Shown: positions 10,303 through 17,657 of the stretch, piece by piece | Position numbering within the stretch: position 1 is the first letter of the stretch | Layout: the number at the start of each line of letters is the position of its first letter | Source: Nitrospirota bacterium | GTDB taxonomy: Bacteria; Nitrospirota; UBA9217 | Assembly: GCA_963705595.1 (NCBI GenBank) | Contig: CAVPKD010000004.1 | Span: 67,111 to 131,110 of the forward strand | Length of the DNA: 64,000 nt | Direction: 5' to 3' | The notes under the pieces: generated by a model | The model's input: only the letters and a program-made list of their open reading frames with translations | Told to the model about the DNA's origin: nothing | Database searches by the model: none | Made by a program: the position numbers and the translations under genes

Positions 10303-11337
10303 ATGTCGAATCTTAACATTTCTAGTAAGGCAAGGGTATTGGCACTGACAGCCGTTATGATTTTTATCTGGCTCGTCCTGGGCATGGTCTACCTTGACCG
10401 GTTCTTCCCGCCCTTCGCGCGTCTTGAGCTGTGGCTGATGCCGTGGAAGGGACTGATCCCCCAGGAGGCAAGCCTCGACCAGCGCCTTTTCATCATGCAG
10501 GAGCAGCTCACTTCGTCCAACAGGATCGCCTATTATGCCTTTGTGACCATGATTGTATCTTTTACCGCCTTCAGCCTATACCTGTCCGTCATCTACCAAC
10601 AAAAACAGCGGAGGGCGCGCGAAAACATGTTACTCGTACTGAAAAACCAGGAGATAGCAAGGCGAAATGAATTTATTCGCTATATCTCGGCCACCATCGG
10701 GCATGAATTCAAAAACAATCTCGGAAGGATCAAACGAAGGATCGATCTGCTCCCCGGCCTCCCCCAGGAAGCTAAAGAGCGCATCAACGACAATTTGGAC
10801 AAATTGTTCGCCGATATCGATATCTTTAAAAAAATCTCCGATGAACGCGAGGCAAGCCTTGTCAAGTTCAAAAATTTCGACCTCAAGGCCATGCTGAATG
10901 ACCTGGCGGTCCAATACGGCGACCTGGCCGACATCGCGATCCGCGAGAGCGTGAGCATGCCCATGATCTATGCTGCGCCACCGCTGCTGAAGACCGTGTT
11001 TGAAAATGTGATCGACAACGCCGTCAAGTATAAAAAACGTGATCAGCCTCGTGCCCGCGTTGTGGTGTCCTGTACGATGGACCAGGACGGCAACAGACGA
11101 TACGTGACGGTCTCCGTCCGGGACGAGGGCATCGGGATGGATGAACAACAAGCGGACCAGTGCTTTTATAAGGGGAGGGGCACTGGCGAGAGCTGGGGAC
11201 AGGGGCTCTATTTTGCCAAATACGTTGTCGGACTCCATGCCGGGAAAATCCGGATCGGCAAGGAGTATACGGCTTCGGGAACGGGCACGGAAATAATGAT
11301 CAATCTTCCCTTCGTCGAGGAGGCGCTCGATGTTTAA
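10303..11337 (+). CDS. Membrane sensor histidine kinase (2 TM helices, HisKA, HATPase_c)
   Basis: H-box SATIGHEFKNNL, N-box ENVIDNAVKY, G-boxes DEGIGM and GQGLYFAK. 344 aa. Confidence 0.85.
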   Translation: MSNLNISSKARVLALTAVMIFIWLVLGMVYLDRFFPPFARLELWLMPWKGLIPQEASLDQRLFIMQEQLTSSNRIAYYAFVTMIVSFTAFSLYLSVIYQQKQRRARENMLLVLKNQEIARRNEFIRYISATIGHEFKNNLGRIKRRIDLLPGLPQEAKERINDNLDKLFADIDIFKKISDEREASLVKFKNFDLKAMLNDLAVQYGDLADIAIRESVSMPMIYAAPPLLKTVFENVIDNAVKYKKRDQPRARVVVSCTMDQDGNRRYVTVSVRDEGIGMDEQQADQCFYKGRGTGESWGQGLYFAKYVVGLHAGKIRIGKEYTASGTGTEIMINLPFVEEALDV

Positions 11338-12220
11338 GGTGCTGATTGCCGACGACGATTACGAGGACCGTGAGCTCCTGAAGCTAGAAATTCAGCGGGC
11401 GCTCGGAGAGGATGAGCCCGATCTCCGTTTTCACGAAGCGGTCAGTGTCAGGGAGGCCGTCCGGGTCCTGACGACGCAGTTATTCGACCTCATGACGCTC
11501 GATATCGAGTTCGATCGGATGAACGAAGGGATCGACGCCTTGCCGGAGCTCTTTGAAACCCATCCGACGCTGAACATTATCGTCATCAGCGGCAAGCTCG
11601 ACAAAAGCGAGGTTTCGGAACGCCTCTTTCGCTTCACGAAGGACAATGTGCTGAAGGGAAAACGCTGGGCCAGACATTTCGACGTTCTTGACAAGAAGGA
11701 CGACAAGTCGGAGGCCCTCCGGCGCGCCTATTCCTTTGCCAAGAAACAGCGGGAAGGCGCGGACAGTCTCCGGGAGCTGTTTCTCCTTGCCGAATCCTAT
11801 CTTGAGAAGAACATGATCGATAAATGTCTGGAGGTCTACCAAAAAATACAGAATCTGGCGCCCGGCGAAATCGAGTCAACGGAGAATATCCACATCGTCA
11901 AGGGGAACGTATCGGCCGAGCAGGCATTGGAATATTACCGGACCGGTGAAAAGGTCGTGGCCTCTCTCCTGCTGGGCTACTATCTTGAAAAACGGCTGAA
12001 GGCATTCACTGCCACCGCGATCGGGAAGACATACCCGACACTTTCCGAAGGCCTGAAAGATATGGAGCAAGGCCGCCGCATCAGCCACTTCAAGAGAGAT
12101 CTGTTCAGCGACTTACTGGGATTGCGTAACAAGGCCATCCATCAGCCGACCAACGTCTCCGAGGCGGACTTCAAGGCGGCGGTCAAAAAACTGGACCTTC
12201 TGGAGGAAACGGCGCCATGA
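11330..12220 (+). CDS. Response regulator: receiver domain, helical linker and a C-terminal HEPN-like (R-N-x3-H) domain
   Basis: REC features ADDD, TLDIEF and ISGK. C-terminus ...LLGLRNKAIHQPTNVSEADFKAAVKKLDLLEE. Start overlaps the HK stop (ATGTTTAA). The HEPN assignment is by motif only. Confidence 0.75.
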   Translation: MFKVLIADDDYEDRELLKLEIQRALGEDEPDLRFHEAVSVREAVRVLTTQLFDLMTLDIEFDRMNEGIDALPELFETHPTLNIIVISGKLDKSEVSERLFRFTKDNVLKGKRWARHFDVLDKKDDKSEALRRAYSFAKKQREGADSLRELFLLAESYLEKNMIDKCLEVYQKIQNLAPGEIESTENIHIVKGNVSAEQALEYYRTGEKVVASLLLGYYLEKRLKAFTATAIGKTYPTLSEGLKDMEQGRRISHFKRDLFSDLLGLRNKAIHQPTNVSEADFKAAVKKLDLLEETAP

Positions 12221-12864
12221 ACGTCAAATCCCTGTGGAAATACGTGCCGCCGGCCGGACCGATCTTCAGCATCACGCTGATCGGCCTGGTGCTGTTGAGC
12301 GCCCTCCTCTATTACCGGGCAGTCAAGATCCAGCGGTTTCTGGAACCCGCCCTTGCCCTTTCCCAGCCCCGAAACGAATTCACCAAGAGCATCAACTCGA
12401 TATTCGAGAATGAGTTCAAGGCAAAATCGATCAAGGGCCTCAAGATCAGGTCGAGTTCCATTCTCATGGAAACATCCCTGCTGTTCTCCGGGGACGGCGC
12501 CTTGAAAGCTTCGGCGCAGGACGATTTACAGAAGCTCGCCCGGGTTTTTCTGTCGCTTATGAAGGATGACCATACGAGGTCCGAGATCAGCCAAGTGCTG
12601 ATCATTGGCCGCTACCCTTCATACGGGTTTACGAGGGCGACTGTTGTGGAGAGGTTGAAGGTTCAGCGAATGGTCGGGTTCATTCAGGATGCTCTTTTCC
12701 AATTGGAGCCCGAGCTCGGGATAAGATACGCAACCTATTTTGAAGGCGCTGCCCAACAGACAAACCCGCAAGAGAAAAAAAGTGAGGTGGTGGAGTTCCG
12801 CATTGTTCCTTCGGAATTCCTGCACATAGAGGTGTTGGAGAAGTTGGAAAAGTACGCCTATTAA
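12217..12864 (+). CDS. Single-pass membrane protein with a degenerate MotB/OmpA-like C-terminal domain
   Basis: ATGA overlap with the upstream gene. TM helix IFSITLIGLVLLSALLYY. The pattern LLFSGDGALKASAQDDLQKLARVF...LIIGRYPSYGF...VERLKVQRMVGFIQDAL has OmpA-like spacing. Confidence 0.6.
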   Translation: MNVKSLWKYVPPAGPIFSITLIGLVLLSALLYYRAVKIQRFLEPALALSQPRNEFTKSINSIFENEFKAKSIKGLKIRSSSILMETSLLFSGDGALKASAQDDLQKLARVFLSLMKDDHTRSEISQVLIIGRYPSYGFTRATVVERLKVQRMVGFIQDALFQLEPELGIRYATYFEGAAQQTNPQEKKSEVVEFRIVPSEFLHIEVLEKLEKYAY

Positions 12865-13007
12865 GAATGCATGGTCCGATCATCGAGCAATAACAAACAG
12901 GATCAAAGCTTTTCTGATGATATTTCTACCAAACAACCATTGATATTGCAACATCGAACAGGCTGACTTGACTCGAAATATTCTTATCTCACCTCACAGA
13001 ATTAGCG

Positions 13008-13958
13008 ATGCATGAAATCATCCCCTTCCTCATAAAGCACGGGTACGCCGTGCTGTTTGTATGGGTCTTTGCAGAAACGATCGGACTTCCCCTCCCGAGC
13101 GCTCCACTGTTCATCACAGTCGGGGCACTAGCTGGCATGGGCCACATGTATTTACCTATCTGCATCGGTTTAGGTGTCTGTGCCGCCTTGCTGAGCGATA
13201 TTTTCTGGTATTACATGGGGCGCCGCGACGGAGGGCGGATATTATCCTGGCTTTGCCGGATCTCTCTCACCCCCGATTTCTGCGTCAGGAAGGCGGAGGT
13301 AATCTTTGCGCGGTATGGTGAGCGCGCTCTGCTTGTGACAAAATTCATCCCCGGTCTGAGCGCTGTGACGACGCCATTTGCAGGCATCATCCGCATGCGT
13401 CTGTCGCGTTTTCTGCTTTTTGACACTCTGGGGGCGATTATATGGGTAGGTTCGTTCACGGGATTCGGCTATGTGTTCAGCGAACAATTGGATTACGCTT
13501 TGATCTATGCACTGCGATTTGGCAACTCCCTGTTCATATTTTTGGCTGGTGCCCTGACAATACACCTCCTGCGGAAGTATGCTCTGCGACGACGTTTTCT
13601 GCGCCAATTGTTCAATGCTCGCATAACCCCGGTACAGCTGAAACAGAAAATTGATGCTGGAGAAGATATTTTAATTCTCGATGTCCGCCGTACTCTTGAT
13701 ATTGAGGCCGACCCCTACATTATTCCTGGTGCCTTACACCTTCCCCTGGAATCTTTAAAACAACACCCGGACGTGTCGCGGGACCGCGAGGTGGTCCTTT
13801 ACTGCACATGCCCCAGCGAGGCCTCCAGTGCCCGAGTAGCAATGCTGCTACTCCAGCATGGGGTTATCCTGGTCCGGCCGCTTGCCGGCGGCTTCAATGC
13901 TTGGCGCGACCACGGTTATCCTGTGGAAATGATCGACAGCCGGACGCCATCGAAGTAA
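13008..13958 (+). CDS. DedA (SNARE-associated) membrane protein fused to a C-terminal rhodanese domain
   Basis: DedA-like N-terminal 200 aa (GLPLPS..., FIPGLSAV). C-terminal ILILDVRR...VVLYCTCPSEASSARVA...GGFNAW rhodanese loop. Confidence 0.8.
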   Translation: MHEIIPFLIKHGYAVLFVWVFAETIGLPLPSAPLFITVGALAGMGHMYLPICIGLGVCAALLSDIFWYYMGRRDGGRILSWLCRISLTPDFCVRKAEVIFARYGERALLVTKFIPGLSAVTTPFAGIIRMRLSRFLLFDTLGAIIWVGSFTGFGYVFSEQLDYALIYALRFGNSLFIFLAGALTIHLLRKYALRRRFLRQLFNARITPVQLKQKIDAGEDILILDVRRTLDIEADPYIIPGALHLPLESLKQHPDVSRDREVVLYCTCPSEASSARVAMLLLQHGVILVRPLAGGFNAWRDHGYPVEMIDSRTPSK

Positions 13959-14155
13959 TCCATCCTATCACGGAACGCAAGCCATCTGAGTTCGATTGAC
14001 GTCACTGTGCATTCCGTGGCCTGCTCTTCTTGGCTGAAGGGCACTCCATACCTATCATGTTTGACTCCATGAGAGAAAGCTGCTGACTTTTGTCTGTGAA
14101 GTGAATCTCTCTCGGAGATGATAGTTTAAGGTCGCCTCGGCTCATTAGAACGCTT

Positions 14156-14330
14156 TATTCTCTAACAGGGCTTGACTGATCGCGAAGCTCATGCTGCCGT
14201 ACTCATTCCTCAGCCCCTTGGGACGCCTGGACTCCTCCCTCTCATCTATCATCCTACACTTCGGGATTGTCTTTACCTCATTAGTGATACAGAGGTTCAA
14301 TCTATTCCAGCAGGAAATTGTTTAATTACT
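14156..14330 (-). pseudogene. Decayed 3'-end remnant of a DinG-like helicase gene
   Basis: The minus frame reads ...VKTIPKCRMIDEREESRRPKGL..., against the true dinG C-terminus FLKSIPKCRITDEREEFKKFFEGLGEAK* (17658-17745). The nt stretch 14231-14275 aligns with 17697-17741. Confidence 0.5.
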
Positions 14331-14547
14331 CCTGGTCCGGACAAGCCACGCAGGGCGGAACCAAATTAAACACGAAATGCACGAATTATACGACAAGTAC
14401 AAGTGAACCCTGGGATATATTCGTGTAATTCGTCCCTTGGTTCAGGAACCTCGAGCGTGGACAACAGGAACAGGTGAAGGTTGAAGTTCTTCGTCATGAC
14501 GCACGAATTGCCCACAAATACGTCGCACATGCCTGCGTTCTCCCATA

Positions 14548-14576
14548 TTGTACTTTTTTGCTTTGTCCTATATAAT
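14548..14576 (+). promoter_or_regulatory. Sigma70-like promoter upstream of the RNB ribonuclease gene
   Basis: TTGTAC (14548-14553), 17-nt spacer, TATAAT (14571-14576). This implies a very short leader before the ATG at 14590. Confidence 0.4.
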
Positions 14577-14589
14577 ATGACCATTCCCT

Positions 14590-16074
14590 ATGATAGATAC
14601 CCATGACAGACAGCACCGCGTCCTCCTACAAAGAATTGCCCATCGGGCGATGATCGAACGGGGACTTCTTCCGGATTTCTCCCCCCAGGCATTAGCCGAG
14701 CTCGATGAAATTCACGGGCCTGTGACACGGGCCACAGAGCCGACGCGTGACCTGAGACACCTTATCTGGTGTTCCGTAGACAATGACGATTCGCGAGATC
14801 TGGACCAACTGACCGTTGCAGAGGCCTTGCCCGATGACAGCGTGAAGGTCCTGGTTGCCATTGCCGATGTAGACGCCCTTGTCAAAAAAGGATCAGCAAT
14901 CGATGATCATGCGTGCCAAAATACCACATCGGTATATACCCCTGCCAGGATATTTCCGATGCTGCCCGAGAAGCTATCGACAGATCTGACTTCTCTCAAT
15001 TACGCATCGGAGCGGAATGCAATGGTCATTGAAATGGTGATCACCGGGGATGGATCGGTTCAGCATTCCGATGTTTACGTTGCGCTGGTCCGTAATCGTG
15101 CGAAGCTGGCCTACAACAGCGTCGCTGACTGGCTGGAGGGAAAAGGACCTATGCCGACAGCGGTCAGCTCGGTTGATGAGCTCGCCGAGAACCTCCGGCT
15201 CCAGGACAGGGTGGCCCAACGGATGAAGACGTTTCGGCACGTACACGGTGCGCTTTCTCTCGAAACAATAGAGGCCCGCCTCATGTTTGATGATGGTGAG
15301 CTTAAAGACGTTGAAGCTGAAAGAAAAAACAGAGCTAAAGACATTATTGAGGACTTCATGATCGCGGCAAACGGAGTAACCGCACGCTACCTCGCTTCCA
15401 AGAGCCTGCCCTCACTGCGACGCGTAGTCCGAACACCCAAACGGTGGGACCGGATCGTCGAACTTGCTTCTGAGCATGGCTTCAGGCTGCCTGCAGAGCC
15501 CAGCTCAACGGCATTGGAGCAGGTCCTAATAAAGGCGAAGGCTGCTGACCCGCTCCGGTTTCCCGATCTTTCCCTTTCTGTCATCAAGCTGATGGGTGAG
15601 GGTGAATACATTGTCGAACTTCCGGGAGGCAATGCAGCCGGTCACTTCGGCCTTGCGGTCAAGGATTATTCCCACTCCACAGCTCCGAACCGCCGATACC
15701 CGGACTTGATTACTCAGCGACTGCTGAAGGCGGCGATAGACGGAAGCCCACTGCCTTACGTCAAGGTCGAGCTATCAGATCTGGCAAAACACTGCACGGA
15801 AAAGGAGGATGCGGCGAAGAAGGTCGAACGTCAGGTCAAGAAATCAGCGGCAGCAATGCTGCTGGAATCAAGGATTGGGGAACGGTTCGATGCTATCGTC
15901 ACCGGAGCCGGTCCCAAGGGTACCTGGGTCCGTCTTCTGCATCCGCCAATTGAAGGAAGGCTGGAGAGCGGTTTTGAAGGGATGGACGTCGGTCATAGGC
16001 TGCGCGTGCAGCTGATCCACACGGACGTGGAGCGTGGGTATATCGACTTCAAGAGGGCTGAGTATGACAAATAA
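14590..16074 (+). CDS. RNB-domain exoribonuclease (RNase II/R family) with a C-terminal S1 domain
   Basis: 494 aa. DNDDSRDLDQ and ...HFGLAVKDYSHSTAPNRRYPDLITQRLL RNB motifs. C-terminal S1-like FDAIVTGAGPKGTWVRL. Confidence 0.85.
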   Translation: MIDTHDRQHRVLLQRIAHRAMIERGLLPDFSPQALAELDEIHGPVTRATEPTRDLRHLIWCSVDNDDSRDLDQLTVAEALPDDSVKVLVAIADVDALVKKGSAIDDHACQNTTSVYTPARIFPMLPEKLSTDLTSLNYASERNAMVIEMVITGDGSVQHSDVYVALVRNRAKLAYNSVADWLEGKGPMPTAVSSVDELAENLRLQDRVAQRMKTFRHVHGALSLETIEARLMFDDGELKDVEAERKNRAKDIIEDFMIAANGVTARYLASKSLPSLRRVVRTPKRWDRIVELASEHGFRLPAEPSSTALEQVLIKAKAADPLRFPDLSLSVIKLMGEGEYIVELPGGNAAGHFGLAVKDYSHSTAPNRRYPDLITQRLLKAAIDGSPLPYVKVELSDLAKHCTEKEDAAKKVERQVKKSAAAMLLESRIGERFDAIVTGAGPKGTWVRLLHPPIEGRLESGFEGMDVGHRLRVQLIHTDVERGYIDFKRAEYDK

Positions 16075-16140
16075 ATAAATGAGTGCGAGGTATGTGCGAA
16101 ATTCGCCAGGAGAAATTTTTTACGAAACCATGCCAGTATG

Positions 16141-16299
16141 CCCCGTGTCTTGACACGGGGTCGAATGGCATCCTTGCCAGGGGGTTATAGGGGGGCGGGA
16201 AGCCACCCTATACCTTGGAGGCCATCGGCGTAGCCGTGGCCTGCACAGCATCATCATGCTGTGCTAACATGCCCCGCGGCTTGCCGCGGGGTTCTTGAC
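16141..16299 (+). repeat. GC-rich multi-hairpin repeat, copy A
   Basis: Five consecutive hairpins. Examples: CCCCGTGTC-tt-GACACGGGG at 16141-16160, GGCCATCGGC-gta-GCCGTGGCC at 16220-16241, GCACAGCAT-catc-ATGCTGTGC at 16243-16264, CCCCGCGG-cttg-CCGCGGGG at 16272-16291. About 110 nt is homologous to 39536-39647. Confidence 0.7.
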
Positions 16300-16662
16300 T
16301 TTCGCACATTAGAGGTCTTCTAAAGAGTTAATGATTACTTTGAACATAATTGAGAACGATGTCTGTCTTATGGGATATCCTTTCCTTAGATTTAACCTGA
16401 TTATCGAGACATATTAGGAAATCAATCCTTCTGACGGGGCAGGATCCAGACGGAAAATCATGAAAGATGGAACTTATGACGGTGAATTTCATCGCTAACA
16501 TCACGCAAATGCACCAGAACGTATCTTGAATCCATACATGGTATGTTCTCATTTCTTCTCTCTCACGAATTTGGAGGGAAATATATAATCGAGTCATGTG
16601 TAATACCTCTTATTACCCTATAAGCAGTCAAAGGAAACAGTGAAAATTGGAGGCAGCATATA

Positions 16663-17355
16663 GTGCAGGACAAGAGACGGCATAAGAGATTCAGATTGGA
16701 CATAATGGAAATAAACGGCAAGATGATCTTGGCCGACAGAGTGGAGATCATTGACATTAGCCTTGGCGGAGTCGCCCTGAAAACAGACAGGAGACTGAAT
16801 GTCGGCAAAGAATATTTGATCAAGCTGGGAGACAAGGGGAAAAGCATCGATGTGAAGGGCATTATCGTCCGTTGCGAATTAAGCAAAATTGAGGAAAGGA
16901 GCAACGGGGAAAGGGTCTCGATATACACGGCCGGTATGATGTTTAAAGATATCTCGCCGGATACGATCGCCGATTTTCTTAATTCAATTGAGCAGGACAA
17001 AAAAGATGCGATGCCGGTGATGGTTGACCGGAGGCTCACGGTCAGGTTTTATATCACCACTCCCTGGGAGAAGACCCTGTGCTTTCCTGCGCAGTTCAAG
17101 GTGAAAGAGATCAGCCTCAGCGGCATGCTCATCCAAACCGATCAGGCCCTGGAAATAGAAAGCATGATCCCCATGGGGCTGTCCTTAAAGGCTGACAGCC
17201 CTGTCAATTTTATCGGAAGAGTTGCTTCCTGCCGAAGGACAGAAGCTGAGGGGCAGGCACACTATGAAATAGGGGTGGAGTTCAAAGATTTGACGGATAC
17301 GGATAGAACCTCGCTTAAGACATTCATAGACTACCTGGCAGCGACGGAAGTTTAA
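16663..17355 (+). CDS. Tandem PilZ-domain protein (putative c-di-GMP receptor)
   Basis: RRHKRFRLD...DISLGG, and a second copy VDRRLTVRF...EISLSG. A GTG start is needed to include the first RxxxR motif. Confidence 0.8.
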   Translation: MQDKRRHKRFRLDIMEINGKMILADRVEIIDISLGGVALKTDRRLNVGKEYLIKLGDKGKSIDVKGIIVRCELSKIEERSNGERVSIYTAGMMFKDISPDTIADFLNSIEQDKKDAMPVMVDRRLTVRFYITTPWEKTLCFPAQFKVKEISLSGMLIQTDQALEIESMIPMGLSLKADSPVNFIGRVASCRRTEAEGQAHYEIGVEFKDLTDTDRTSLKTFIDYLAATEV

Positions 17356-17657
17356 TGCGAAAGGAGAACAAGCAGGCGATCAGGCTGTCGGCAAGAAGGG
17401 CCGCACAGGGCAGCCATTTCGCTTCGATTTCTGTGAAGCTCATGAGCTCTTACGTTGCGCCTACTTCTTCTGAAAATCATCAGTGGTTTAGGATATCAAT
17501 CCCTAAAAACTCCTCGAGATATCACGCAAAAAGGACTAAGAAGTAGAGAAAGAGTCGGCCACTTTTGGGTCAAAGGTAGTGCAGGGAAATTAGAACATTT
17601 CGGAGTCAGTTCGGTCCCGGCTGGTTGAATTCAAGCAGAAGGCAGACGAACCGGCAA

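Noticed and set aside
16141-16299. Hairpin repeats A and B as integron attC sites
   Set aside because: The ends (GGGGTTCTTGA) do not fit the RYYYAAC...GTTRRRY core sites. No intI or attI is present, and the flanking units are far larger than gene cassettes.
16328-17039. Minus-strand ORFs of 89 aa and 158 aa upstream of and opposite the PilZ gene
   Set aside because: They are Ser/Leu/Ile-rich and antisense to a gene with two clear PilZ motifs. They have no RBS.
17355-17546. 63-aa ORF after the PilZ gene
   Set aside because: It has no RBS, its composition is basic and Ser-rich, and nothing about it is recognisable. There is not enough support to call it a gene.
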